Assembly: GCA_963662655.2 (NCBI GenBank) | Contig: CAXXTU010000002.1 | Span: 3,520,001 to 3,584,000, forward strand | Direction: 5' to 3' | From: Candidatus Cloacimonadales bacterium | Lineage (GTDB): Bacteria > Cloacimonadota > Cloacimonadia > Cloacimonadales > JAIOQZ01 | Length of the DNA: 64,000 nucleotides | In this document: piece by piece, positions 20,440 through 30,715 of the stretch | Layout: every line of letters starts with the position of its first letter | Numbering within the stretch: position 1 is the first letter of the stretch | Made by a program: the position numbers and the translations under genes | The notes under the pieces: generated by a model | What the model was told of the DNA's origin: nothing | Database searches by the model: none | The model's input: only the letters and a program-made list of their open reading frames with translations

Positions 20440-21561
20440 ATGAAAAAACGAATTAGCGTTCTTGGATGCGGAATGGTGGGCAGCGCGATCGCGGCTGATT
20501 TATCCGAGCGGTACCAGGTCACGGTGTTTGATAAATCACCTCTTGCGTTGCAAAGACTTGCATCGTTTTATCCGGTGGAGACTTCGGTAGCGGACTTGAG
20601 CGTCCGGCAGATGGTGATCGATGCGATCGGCGAATGCGATCTGGTAATCAACGCGGTGCCCGGTTACATCGGATTCCAGACACTCGAAACGATTATCGAT
20701 CAGAGCCGTAACGTAGTGGACATCTCCTTCTTTGAACAGGACGCCTTCCTGCTGGATGAGCTGGCGATGGAAAGGGGCGTTATCGCGATCGTCGATTGCG
20801 GAATCGCGCCGGGGATGAGCAACATCATTCTGGGGCACCATGCGGAGACGATGGATGTGGGAAGCTTCGAGTGCTATGTAGGCGGCTTGCCGAAGGAACG
20901 CAAGTTACCCTGGCAGTACAAGGCGCCGTTCTCACCGATCGATGTCCTTGAAGAATACACGAGACCCGCGCGCATCGTGAAAGACAACATGATCGTCGTG
21001 AAGCCGGCCCTCTCGGATGCCGAGATGATCGATTTCCCGGAGATCGGAACGCTGGTGGCCTTCAACACGGATGGCTTGCGCTCGTTGATCAAGACGATGG
21101 ACGTGCCGGATATGATCGAGAAGACGCTTCGTTACCCGGGGCACATCGAGCTGATGAGCATCCTCCGGGACAGCGGATTCTTCTCCAAGGACAAGATAAA
21201 GGTCGACGACCATTGGGTTTCTCCGCTCTCCATGACATCCAGGCTCCTCTTTGACGAGTGGAAGCTCCACGACGGAGAAATGGACTTCACGATCATGAAA
21301 GTCATCGTCGAGGGCAAGGGTAAGGATCATGAAACCCGTTACACATACAATCTTCTGGATCGTGCGGATGTGAAGACCGGATTTTCGTCCATGTCCCGCA
21401 CCACGGGTTATACCTGCACGGCAGCGGCAACTCTCGTGCTGGAAGACTGTTTCACGCGCGTAGGGATCTGTCCGCCCGAGTATCTGGGAAAAGATCATTT
21501 CCAGGAGATTATGGATTATCTCCGGGAACGAAACGTATGTTTCAGCGTTAACCAACTGTAA
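20440..21561 (+). CDS. Saccharopine dehydrogenase / lysine 6-dehydrogenase family
   Basis: VLGCGMVG Rossmann motif, DCGIAPGMSN, YVGGLP, EEYTRPA, EKTLRYPGH, MSRTTGY. Start at ATG 20440 with GGAGG RBS. Confidence 0.9.
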   Translation: MKKRISVLGCGMVGSAIAADLSERYQVTVFDKSPLALQRLASFYPVETSVADLSVRQMVIDAIGECDLVINAVPGYIGFQTLETIIDQSRNVVDISFFEQDAFLLDELAMERGVIAIVDCGIAPGMSNIILGHHAETMDVGSFECYVGGLPKERKLPWQYKAPFSPIDVLEEYTRPARIVKDNMIVVKPALSDAEMIDFPEIGTLVAFNTDGLRSLIKTMDVPDMIEKTLRYPGHIELMSILRDSGFFSKDKIKVDDHWVSPLSMTSRLLFDEWKLHDGEMDFTIMKVIVEGKGKDHETRYTYNLLDRADVKTGFSSMSRTTGYTCTAAATLVLEDCFTRVGICPPEYLGKDHFQEIMDYLRERNVCFSVNQL

Positions 21562-21570
21562 GGAAATAAA

Positions 21571-21996
21571 ATGAAAGCACAAATTTTCGCGATCTTGACG
21601 GCTCTCTTCTGGGGCGTAGGCGGTTACTTCGAAAAGAAGGGTCTGCACATGGGGAATCTGTCTCCGCAGGTCGGTATCACCATTCGTACCTTTGTTGCGC
21701 TCCTGATTCTCGGAACGGTGAGTTTTTCGCAATGGAAAACCATTCCCGCGGCTGGAACCAAAGCGCTCCTGTACATGGTTGTCGGAGGAGGCATTGTCGC
21801 CGGAGCAGCCGGCATGCTCTGCTTCTACGCGGCGATCAAGGGAGCGCCCCTCGGCAAGGTGATGCCGATTGCGTTCACGTCGCCTTTGTTCGGTGCATTG
21901 ATGGGAATCATCTTCGCGGGAGAGGCCATAACCCTCAAGAAAATCATCGGCATCGCCATGACGGTAGGAGGTATCTTTGTACTCACGTTCAGCTAA
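21571..21996 (+). CDS. EamA/DMT family small transporter
   Basis: About 5 TM segments. FWGVG..FEKKG, FYAAIK, V.PI...SPLF, GEAIT. Confidence 0.88.
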   Translation: MKAQIFAILTALFWGVGGYFEKKGLHMGNLSPQVGITIRTFVALLILGTVSFSQWKTIPAAGTKALLYMVVGGGIVAGAAGMLCFYAAIKGAPLGKVMPIAFTSPLFGALMGIIFAGEAITLKKIIGIAMTVGGIFVLTFS

Positions 21997-21997
21997 C

Positions 21998-23374
21998 GTG
22001 AAACAGGCGAATCTTCTCATTCTTCTCATCCTGATTGTTTTGGGATGCGCGCAAGCCCCCCAGCAACACCTTTCCATCACGCAAAGGCTCGAGCAGCTTC
22101 AAACCAAGGATGGCAAAAGCCTTCTCGAACCCAGGGACATCGCGCTCCTGCGAGCTACGGGAGCGGATTTCGAGACCATTCATCACCTGCTTTCCATGGA
22201 AAACTCTCTCGGAGAAAGCGTCTTCAGGCCCCACGATGTGGCATGGTTTCTCCGTTGCGGCGGTACCGTCGAATATGCTGAAAAGCTGGCAAAGTATGAA
22301 CGCAAAGATGGTTATTCTCTTTTCAGAGGTGGGCAAATAGCCTATTTGAAGGCGATCAACGCCGAAATGGAAGTCATCGTCGATCTCATGACCGGGGGTG
22401 TCCCTGGTGATTCAACCGCAATGATCTTTTACGGACACAGCCTGGTGGAGTATCTTGAAATGGGAGGAGACACAACGTACGCGCATCGGATGTTCGATCT
22501 TGGCAGGGATAATGGAAAGGACCTTTTTTGTAATGACCTCGTGCGGTTGCTGAAACTAGGTGTGACGCCGGAGGATGTTGAGCATTACATCCACATCGAG
22601 GGTTTTCAATATCGCGAATTAATCCACTTCCTAAAGGAGGGTGGAACGCAAGCGTACGCGGAGGCGATGAGTGGCCTCGGGGCAAACTTTTACGAGATCG
22701 TCAGATTGAACCGCATGAAAGTGCCACTGGAGCTTTATTCTCCCATTGTCGACACCGATAAACCAAACGCGCTATTCCTCTTTTCATCAATCGATAATAA
22801 TAAAGAGTTTTCCTCACCGGAAGCCGTTGCATTCTACCGGAGTGTGTGGCCCAGCTACGATACGCGCGTTATGATAATCAAGAGCGAGGAGGAGATTCCG
22901 GAAGCATTCAACGAGATGGAACGTGTTGATCTCCTGGCTATCTGTGGACATGGAAATGTTGAATCGATAACAATTTGTCCCACCTATGGAGGAGACCCCT
23001 TTTCATCTGAGGCGTTAAGCGAAAAGCATTGGAAGATACGGCGAGACAAAGGCATGCTCGATACCGGCGATACGGAGCTGGAAGAGATTTTCTCGCAGAT
23101 GCCGGAGGATGGCGTGATCTTTCTGGACGCCTGCGAGACCAATAAAACGGTGGATTCGGGCAAGAACCTGTTCAACTTCATTCAGTCCATCGCGGGTGGA
23201 CGCCGGGTGATTGGCGCTGAAACAATCTTCACGCACGATCAGATCTTCGTGGAGAAAGCGTACCCGCTTCGGTTGAGGTTCAACCCGCCCAAGGAAAAAG
23301 AGGAACAGGAATTCGAGAAAGAAATGCCTAAGCAAAAAGTAAAAGACTCAAAGCCATCAAAGCCATCCCACTGA
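21998..23374 (+). CDS. Hypothetical lipoprotein: ~33-aa helical repeats plus a caspase/CHAT-like C-terminal domain
   Basis: Lipobox VLGC after a GTG start. Degenerate repeats. LLAICGHG and IFLDACET dyad motifs. Confidence 0.7.
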   Translation: MKQANLLILLILIVLGCAQAPQQHLSITQRLEQLQTKDGKSLLEPRDIALLRATGADFETIHHLLSMENSLGESVFRPHDVAWFLRCGGTVEYAEKLAKYERKDGYSLFRGGQIAYLKAINAEMEVIVDLMTGGVPGDSTAMIFYGHSLVEYLEMGGDTTYAHRMFDLGRDNGKDLFCNDLVRLLKLGVTPEDVEHYIHIEGFQYRELIHFLKEGGTQAYAEAMSGLGANFYEIVRLNRMKVPLELYSPIVDTDKPNALFLFSSIDNNKEFSSPEAVAFYRSVWPSYDTRVMIIKSEEEIPEAFNEMERVDLLAICGHGNVESITICPTYGGDPFSSEALSEKHWKIRRDKGMLDTGDTELEEIFSQMPEDGVIFLDACETNKTVDSGKNLFNFIQSIAGGRRVIGAETIFTHDQIFVEKAYPLRLRFNPPKEKEEQEFEKEMPKQKVKDSKPSKPSH

Positions 23375-24131
23375 CCAGACCGTAAATAGCCAGGTGGTGC
23401 TTGCCGTATTCTTCGGCTGTGGGAAGAAGCTGATCCAGCGAGATGAATACCATAATCCCCGCCACTCCGGCAAAGATGATACCGAACATGAGGTTGCTCA
23501 TGAAGCGGAACAGAATCAAGTAACCGACAATCGCCCCGACCGGCTCCGCCAGCCCTGATAGAAACGACCATAAGAACGCCTTTTTCTTGCTTCCGGTAGC
23601 GTAGTACAGCGGCACCGAGACCGCGATTCCTTCCGGGATGTTGTGGATCGCGATCGCGACGGCGATGGATACGCCCAGGGTGGGATCGGCGAGCGCCGCG
23701 GTGAAGGTCGCGAGTCCCTCCGGGAAATTGTGGATGGCGATCGCGACGGCGGACAGGAATCCCATGCGGAGGAGCTTTTGTTTCCTTTTGTCGGCGTTGA
23801 TGTCCTCAACGTGACGGGCCTCATGCGGATTCTCGAAATCGGGTACGAGTTTGTCGATGAGCGCGACCAGGAGCATTCCCGCAAAGAATCCCCCGACCGT
23901 GATCCAGTACGCTGTTTTTGCAGAGAAATCCATGCACAGCGCGTCGCGCGACTTCTGGAAGATTTCCACGAATGAGACGTAAAGCATTACGCCGGCGGAG
24001 AACCCCAGCGCGACGGACAGGAATGATTCGTTCGTCCGTTTGCTGAAGAATGCGATGGCGCTACCGATACCGGTGGCCAATCCGGCAAAGATCGTCAGGC
24101 CAAGAGCGAAACCTACGGGCTGTGAAAGCAT
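23328..24131 (-). CDS. zupT: ZIP-family zinc transporter ZupT
   Basis: [49 protein letters not shown]. Confidence 0.96.
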   Translation of the reverse strand: MLSQPVGFALGLTIFAGLATGIGSAIAFFSKRTNESFLSVALGFSAGVMLYVSFVEIFQKSRDALCMDFSAKTAYWITVGGFFAGMLLVALIDKLVPDFENPHEARHVEDINADKRKQKLLRMGFLSAVAIAIHNFPEGLATFTAALADPTLGVSIAVAIAIHNIPEGIAVSVPLYYATGSKKKAFLWSFLSGLAEPVGAIVGYLILFRFMSNLMFGIIFAGVAGIMVFISLDQLLPTAEEYGKHHLAIYGLVSGMALMALSLLLFA

Positions 24132-24182
24132 AGTATATCCTTATTAAGTACCTTCGTATGATTGTGAACAATGATCTTAAGA

Positions 24183-24280
24183 TGCCATGCTGAGTTCCGT
24201 AGCTTGCTGCGGAGTATCGAAGCATCGAAATCGACCAACCCTTCGATACACCCCGACAAGTCGGAGCACTCCGAGTGACA
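24183..24280. repeat. Branched palindromic (REP/MITE-like) intergenic element
   Basis: TGCCATGCTGAG...GTATCGAAG / CTTCGATAC...GAGTGACA arms, each carrying a small internal hairpin. Confidence 0.6.
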
Positions 24281-24411
24281 TAACTTATTATGGAAGATTG
24301 AGATGGAGACTTTCCTGATCAATATCACCGAAAGTATAAATCCATATTTTGCGAAAGTGTAATACATGCATACTCTGCGTCAAACTTTTCCTGCAATTAA
24401 TCATTCAAGAA

Positions 24412-26280
24412 TCAATAACCGCTCAGATACAGCAATGGATTTACCGGCTTCATGGAGCGGTCAAGCAGCCCGAAATGCAGATGGTTTCCCGTCGAGCGTC
24501 CCGTTGTGCCCACCAATCCAATCACATCGCCCTGTTTCACTCGATCGCCCTTTTCGGCTTTACGCTCATCGAGGTGGTAATAGCAGGTGAACCAGCCGTT
24601 GTCGTGCTGGACGCAGATCGAATTCCCCGAGACGTCGTTGAAGTCGGAGCTCAACACAACGCCATCCGCGGCCACTTGCACGGGCGTTCCCTTCGGGGCG
24701 GGGATATCGATTCCGCTGTGGTATTCCATCTTCTCCAGACGCTTTCTCCAGTTGCTTTCGATCGCGTTGGGCCTCCAGCCGTAATAGGAGGAGATATACC
24801 GCTGCGGGAGCGGCCACGCAAGCCATGAGGACGAGAGCATGTCGCTGTTGTGCAACAAGGTGTATTCGATCTCGATGTCATCGCCGAAATAGCGTGCGTA
24901 CCAGGCAGCCAGCAGGTTGCTGATGTCCGCTTGCGATCCCCGGCGTTCCACGGCCTGTTCGAAGCGATCGATGGCAATATCCGGGTTTCCTTGCATGACG
25001 GCGATAATCCCTTCGAGCTCTTCTCTGTCCGGATCGAGGGAGTTGCGTTGCTCGATACGAGACAGATGGTCCATCGCTTCATCGAGATATCCCAGCGATA
25101 TCATCGCGGAAACAATGAGCACGTCGGCGTGGTGACGGTGGCCGGATTCCCCGGAGATGCGCTGGAAATCGTCGATAGCTCCCCGGTAGTCCGCTTCCTC
25201 GAAGAGCAGGCAGCCGCGATTGTAAAGCGCCGGATCCCCTGCCGGATTTATCCCGAGAGCCGTGCGGTAGAAAACGAGGGCTGAATCACGCAAACCGAGC
25301 GACTCCGCCATCAGGCCAAGATTGTTATTGTAGATCGCCCTTGTGTCGTCGTCTGCTATCGTTTTCGCGTACTGCCGGATTCGCTCGAACTCCTTCAACA
25401 TCTTCTTACGGGGGAACGCCTTGGACTTGCCCGTTTTGCTGAATCCCGGAGCGTCGGGATTCAGGCGGTAATACGTTTGCTCCACTTCCTGATGCTTGTC
25501 GAAGCGATAACGGTAGTTGAGATAGTATTCGGAGATTTTATTCACATAGTAGTCGCAATAGGACGGGATGGAGTCCCGCACGTTGCCCGTACCTGCGTAG
25601 TAGGCGGCCAGGGCCTTGCGAAGATTGGTGTTTCTCGTGCCGTAGCGATAGTGATTGAGCAGGAAGTTGAGGTGACTCGCACCCCCGGCGATGTTCTTTG
25701 CCGGGTGAAATCGCTCGTCCTGCTCGTGCTGACGAATGGGCGGTTCTTTCACGTAGTTTTCGGTGGGGACGGACAAACCCAGCGCTTTCCCCGTCGCTGG
25801 CATGAGCTGCATCATTCCAACCGCACCGGTCGGTGATACAGCCCTGGAGACGAAGGAACTCTCCTTCAGCATGATTGCCAGCAAGAGCCCGGTATCGATT
25901 CCGTATCTTCGTCCGACGCTGTTGACATAGTCGAGGAAGCCGAGGACTTCCGGCCGATTAGCGTCCAGATCCTGCTCCGCTTTGAATGCCAGGTACTCTA
26001 ATGGGAGTTCATCGGTAAGATGGATGGCCCTCTCCAGCCAGTATCCTGCCGTATCCGGGCGTCCTGCCTGGTAGTGCAGGTGCGCGATGGAGGCGATGAG
26101 CGGATAATAGAGCGAGTCAATGTCAGCGTATTCCTCAAGACGGGGGAGGGCGAAGTTGTAAAAACCTTTCTCGTAGTCCCTTACCGCTTGTTCGTATGAT
26201 TCGGCATCGTCGCGGGGCATGCTGGCGCAAGAAACCAGCAGGATCGCCAGCGAAAGGAGGAAGAGATTAGCGGTTCGCAT
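24412..26280 (-). CDS. Lipoprotein with TPR + lytic transglycosylase (SLT) + TPR + M23 peptidase domains
   Basis: Lipobox LVSC. SLT motifs KESSF...AVGMMQLMPAT, AYYAG. M23 motifs HSGID and STGNHLHF. Confidence 0.88.
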   Translation of the reverse strand: MRTANLFLLSLAILLVSCASMPRDDAESYEQAVRDYEKGFYNFALPRLEEYADIDSLYYPLIASIAHLHYQAGRPDTAGYWLERAIHLTDELPLEYLAFKAEQDLDANRPEVLGFLDYVNSVGRRYGIDTGLLLAIMLKESSFVSRAVSPTGAVGMMQLMPATGKALGLSVPTENYVKEPPIRQHEQDERFHPAKNIAGGASHLNFLLNHYRYGTRNTNLRKALAAYYAGTGNVRDSIPSYCDYYVNKISEYYLNYRYRFDKHQEVEQTYYRLNPDAPGFSKTGKSKAFPRKKMLKEFERIRQYAKTIADDDTRAIYNNNLGLMAESLGLRDSALVFYRTALGINPAGDPALYNRGCLLFEEADYRGAIDDFQRISGESGHRHHADVLIVSAMISLGYLDEAMDHLSRIEQRNSLDPDREELEGIIAVMQGNPDIAIDRFEQAVERRGSQADISNLLAAWYARYFGDDIEIEYTLLHNSDMLSSSWLAWPLPQRYISSYYGWRPNAIESNWRKRLEKMEYHSGIDIPAPKGTPVQVAADGVVLSSDFNDVSGNSICVQHDNGWFTCYYHLDERKAEKGDRVKQGDVIGLVGTTGRSTGNHLHFGLLDRSMKPVNPLLYLSGY

Positions 26281-27691
26281 CTTGATCCTCCACGGGATGG
26301 CGAACAGCTTCGATCTCCTCGTCGCTTCGCTGTAGCAATTGCATGGCCTTGATGAGATTTGCTCGCAGGATGGGGGACGTCTTGCGCTCGTTCAGCGCCC
26401 ACTGCAGGAGTTTCTCGGCCTCTTCGTAGGAGCCGGAGTACATCTGCGAAAGCGCTTGCGCATCGAGCAAGTAGGGATTGTCGAGAAGGCTGTGCGAGGG
26501 CAGCCGCTCTCGCATGGAAGAGAGCCCCTCCAGGCGGAAGGCCCAGAGCGCGCTGTTGATGGACGTCTCGACAACGCGTGTCGAGTAAGTCATTTCGAGC
26601 AGTTCCTCGATACGGGAACGATCCTCCATAGGGATAATCACCGATTCGGCTTCAGGTTTGAGAATAGGAATGCGGATTTTCTGCCCCACGTAGATGCGCG
26701 AGGGATCGGCGAGGTTGTTGTACTCGGCGATGGCCTTGACGTTGTCCCGATAGGCCGGATCGGCTCCGGGCGGCAGGTTGCGGGAAATTCGGGTGAGGTT
26801 GTCGCCGGAAGCGATCGTGATCTCCGTCTCGGAGGGCTGGAAATCGTCCACCGAGCTTAGAATGCCCAGCGTTTTATACTGGCGTGGCGTCTTGACGATC
26901 GCGTAGTGCTTGGGCTCGAACCGGACGGGCGGCGTAAACGGTCCCGACATAAATGCCATGCGCAGCTCGCGGGATTCCCTGTCCTTGGTGCCGGTGGTTT
27001 CGCCATACTGCGCGAAGAATCCCTCGAACTGCACGGAAAGCCCGGCGCGGTACATCGCGTCGTCGAACGGCCCGTCGGCATCCAGCGAAGCGCCGGCATA
27101 CAGGCAGATACCTCCTCCGGTGAGATCGCCCAGTAGTTCGGTATCAAGCGTGTTATCCGTATCCCAGGAGAATCTTGTCGTGAAGTGGCGATTGAAGATC
27201 AACGATGCAGAGGCGGAGAAGAGATTATCGCTATCGCCGGAGTCCAGCTTTCTGGTGTAACGATCGTGAAATCCGAATTGGAGATTCCCCGATGGCTTCA
27301 CGGTTATGCCCGGGTGGAAGCAAAGCATGGCTTCGTCGCTCTCTTCCAGCCAGCCGGCCTCGATGTCCAGGCCGGTATAAACGATGGATGACAATCTGTA
27401 GGAGACTCCCATGCCTCCGATGGTTTGCGTCTTCCGATCTTCCAGATGGAGCGTCGAGGAAACGTAGTATCCAAGGCCGGATCGAGTGGGTTTGTGCCAG
27501 TTCAGTTGGAAAACTGTAAATCTCTCGATCCCACCTCTTTCGGGATGGTCGTCCACCCGGAAATTCCAGGTGGAGTAGAACCACTCCGCCCGGGATGACG
27601 GGTTGTCGCTTTGCTTGAAGAAAAAGGGACGCTCCCAGGCATAAGCGGTGGCCGTCAGGAGCGTCAAAACAATCAGGAGAAGGCGTTTCAT
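26267..27691 (-). CDS. Secreted protein: beta-rich N-terminus + LysM + TPR
   Basis: Signal peptide MKRLLLIV...AYA. LysM IASGDNLTRIS...IAEYNNLADPSRIYVGQKIRIP. C-terminal TPR. ATG overlaps the pyrF stop. Confidence 0.75.
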   Translation of the reverse strand: MKRLLLIVLTLLTATAYAWERPFFFKQSDNPSSRAEWFYSTWNFRVDDHPERGGIERFTVFQLNWHKPTRSGLGYYVSSTLHLEDRKTQTIGGMGVSYRLSSIVYTGLDIEAGWLEESDEAMLCFHPGITVKPSGNLQFGFHDRYTRKLDSGDSDNLFSASASLIFNRHFTTRFSWDTDNTLDTELLGDLTGGGICLYAGASLDADGPFDDAMYRAGLSVQFEGFFAQYGETTGTKDRESRELRMAFMSGPFTPPVRFEPKHYAIVKTPRQYKTLGILSSVDDFQPSETEITIASGDNLTRISRNLPPGADPAYRDNVKAIAEYNNLADPSRIYVGQKIRIPILKPEAESVIIPMEDRSRIEELLEMTYSTRVVETSINSALWAFRLEGLSSMRERLPSHSLLDNPYLLDAQALSQMYSGSYEEAEKLLQWALNERKTSPILRANLIKAMQLLQRSDEEIEAVRHPVEDQDANR

Positions 27692-28494
27692 TCGAGGTTG
27701 CTCAGGCTTTCCTGTATCTTGTTCCTGAGTTCTTCCGTTGCCTTCCATGCGGCTTCCGCGAAGTCCTTCCCATCCGATTTATAGATGATTCCGCGTGAAG
27801 AGTTGATCAGGAATCTCGGATCGTCCCGGGTCATGCTCGCAAGCCGTACGACAGCATCGAGGTCTCCGCCTTGCGCCCCGATTCCAGGCACGAGGAAGAG
27901 GGTTTTCGGCATCAGGCGGCGCATGTCGGCTAGCTCTTCGGTGTTGGTAGCTCCGACGACCGCTCCGAGGCGTGTCTCATCGCTCTCGCCGAGCCAGCTC
28001 GCGATCCGCTGATGGAGGTTTTCCGCCTTGAGGAAATCGACTGCGCCCGGATTGGATGTAACTGCAAGGACGAAGCAGTAGCTTTTCGGGATATCCAGGA
28101 TGGTCTGGATCGTGTCCTTGCCCATCAGGGGATTCACGGTAATCGCGTCTGCGCGGTAGTTCTCGAAGAAGGTCTTTCCATACTGATGCATCGTGTTGGG
28201 GATGTCTCCAACCTTCACGTCGAGGATGACCGGCACTTTTCCCTTGAGGGTGTTCGCGGTTTCTTCCAGCGCCTCCATGCCCATTTTCCCCGCGGCGAGG
28301 TAAAACGCGTAGTTGAGCTTGTAGGCGGCGGCAACATCGCGGGTCGCTTCGATGATCTCGCGATTGAACGTGGTCATCGGATTTCGGAATTCCTTCAGGA
28401 ACGACGGAATCTTCGCGGGGTCGGTGTCCAGCCCCACGCATACCTGCGAGCGATTGCATTTCGCTGCTTGAATGTATTTATCCCAGAAATTCAT
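27688..28494 (-). CDS. pyrF: Orotidine-5'-phosphate decarboxylase (type 2)
   Basis: CVGLD, DVKVGDIPNT, TSNPG, GAVVGAT, LVPGIGAQGG, INSSRGI. Confidence 0.96.
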   Translation of the reverse strand: MNFWDKYIQAAKCNRSQVCVGLDTDPAKIPSFLKEFRNPMTTFNREIIEATRDVAAAYKLNYAFYLAAGKMGMEALEETANTLKGKVPVILDVKVGDIPNTMHQYGKTFFENYRADAITVNPLMGKDTIQTILDIPKSYCFVLAVTSNPGAVDFLKAENLHQRIASWLGESDETRLGAVVGATNTEELADMRRLMPKTLFLVPGIGAQGGDLDAVVRLASMTRDDPRFLINSSRGIIYKSDGKDFAEAAWKATEELRNKIQESLSNLE

Positions 28495-28503
28495 AGGGTT
28501 CCC

Positions 28504-29055
<552 letters not shown>

Positions 29056-29063
29056 TCAAGGAT

Positions 29064-29972
29064 TTAGCTTTCAATTCCGTTGACCTTTCCGATGATGTCG
29101 GAAAGGGTTTGGTCGTTATTTATCAGAAAATCTCTCAGTCCGTCAATGATCTGAATCGTGGCGTCCGGCTGAACGAAGTTCCTCGTTCCGATTGCGACAG
29201 CCGATGCGCCGGCATAGAAGAATTCCAGAGCGTCCTGCCACGTAGAAATCCCGCCCATGGCAAGGATGGGAATCCTCACATTTTGCGCAACCCTGAAAAC
29301 CTGAAACAACGCCACCGGCTTAATCGCCCTGCCGCTGTAACCGGCTCCGCCGCGCGCGATGCGGCTTTTTCCCGTTTGCCAGTCGATCGCCATCCCGATG
29401 AGTGTGTTGATGAGCGCGATGGTTGTCGCGCCGCCTTCTTCGGCAGCCCGGGCGATGGCCACGATGTCCGTCACGTTGGGCGAAAGCTTCACGATCAGCT
29501 CTCGCTCCGTTATCTTCGCGAGTTCTCTCGTAAGCTCGTAAACCACCTTGGGATCGGTTCCGAAGGCGAGCCCTTCCTTCTCGACGTTCGGGCAGGAGAC
29601 GTTCACTTCGTATCCCGCGATCCCCTCGAAAGACTCCATCCGCTCCAGCATCTTGCGAAACTGGCCGATGGAATTCCCGGAGAAGCTGACCAGGATGGGG
29701 GTGTCGAATTCGCGGTAGCGGGGGAGATCGTCTCGAAGAAATCCTTCCAGGCCGGGATTCTGCAACCCGATGGAATTCAGGAGCCCACACTCCGTTTCGA
29801 ACAGGCGCGGAGGCTTGTTCCCCTGGCGCGGGTCCATGGTGATGGTTTTCGTGACGAGCGCGCCAAGCCTGCTCAGGTCGAAGAAATCGGCGTAGTTGAT
29901 CCCAAAGGTTCCCGAAGCAACCGTAACCGGGTTTTTCAACGTCAGTTTACCGAGTCTCGCGGTCATTTCCAT
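29064..29972 (-). CDS. pyrD: Dihydroorotate dehydrogenase B, catalytic subunit
   Basis: KNPVTVASGTFG, NSIGLQNPG, NVSCPNV, VKLSPNVTDI. Confidence 0.96.
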   Translation of the reverse strand: MEMTARLGKLTLKNPVTVASGTFGINYADFFDLSRLGALVTKTITMDPRQGNKPPRLFETECGLLNSIGLQNPGLEGFLRDDLPRYREFDTPILVSFSGNSIGQFRKMLERMESFEGIAGYEVNVSCPNVEKEGLAFGTDPKVVYELTRELAKITERELIVKLSPNVTDIVAIARAAEEGGATTIALINTLIGMAIDWQTGKSRIARGGAGYSGRAIKPVALFQVFRVAQNVRIPILAMGGISTWQDALEFFYAGASAVAIGTRNFVQPDATIQIIDGLRDFLINNDQTLSDIIGKVNGIES

Positions 29973-30715
29973 ACGACATTCTCCCCGTTGAACACGGGCC
30001 CGTCCTTGCAGACGGTCTTATACACGATTTCATCATTCTCTTTGATTGCTACGGCGCATCCGTAACAGACCCCGATTCCGCAGGCCATGTATGCTTCCAG
30101 CGAGAGCTCGCACTGCACGCGATAAGCTTTTGCAAGTTCCGCGCACCGCTTGAGGAGCGGCTCCGGTCCGCAGGCGAAAAGCCAGTCGAAACCACCTTCC
30201 GAAAGCGCTTTCTCCACGCCGATGGTTGCAAAGCCCTTGCTGCCGCATGAGCCGTCGTCGGTGAATACGCAATCGGTATCGAACGCGTCCTGCTTGCAGC
30301 GTCCTCCGTGAACCCACCAAATCCGGTTGGATTCGTCCAGCGATTTCTTTAGCATGAACATCGGAGGATAGCCTATGCCACCGCTGACGAGCAGCACCCT
30401 TTTATCTGTCGGTCTGGTGAAGGAATTGCCCAGCGGCCCGACGACATCGAGCGCATCGCCGGGTTTCAGCGTCGAGAGCTGGCGCGTGCCGTCACCGACG
30501 ATCTTGATCATCATCCCGATCTCATCTGCGTGCTTGTCGTACGCGCTGATGGGGATACGCAACCTTTCGCTGCCCGGGGTCATGATCTCGAAGAACTGCC
30601 CGGGCTCGAGCAGCTCGGACATCTCCGGCGAGGAAAACCACAGTTCGAAGTAAGCATCGTTGATTTGCACGGTTCTGGTGATCCGGCAAACCTGATTGAT
30701 TACTCTTTTTCCCAT
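29963..30715 (-). CDS. pyrK: Dihydroorotate dehydrogenase electron transfer subunit
   Basis: PGQF, GPLGN, GGIGYPP, ACGP, MACGIGVCYGC...VCKDGPVF [2Fe-2S] motif. Confidence 0.95.
   Translation of the reverse strand: MGKRVINQVCRITRTVQINDAYFELWFSSPEMSELLEPGQFFEIMTPGSERLRIPISAYDKHADEIGMMIKIVGDGTRQLSTLKPGDALDVVGPLGNSFTRPTDKRVLLVSGGIGYPPMFMLKKSLDESNRIWWVHGGRCKQDAFDTDCVFTDDGSCGSKGFATIGVEKALSEGGFDWLFACGPEPLLKRCAELAKAYRVQCELSLEAYMACGIGVCYGCAVAIKENDEIVYKTVCKDGPVFNGENVVWK

Noticed and set aside
24113..24367. 84-aa ORF upstream of zupT
   Set aside because: Translates through the palindromic repeat and has no protein-like features.
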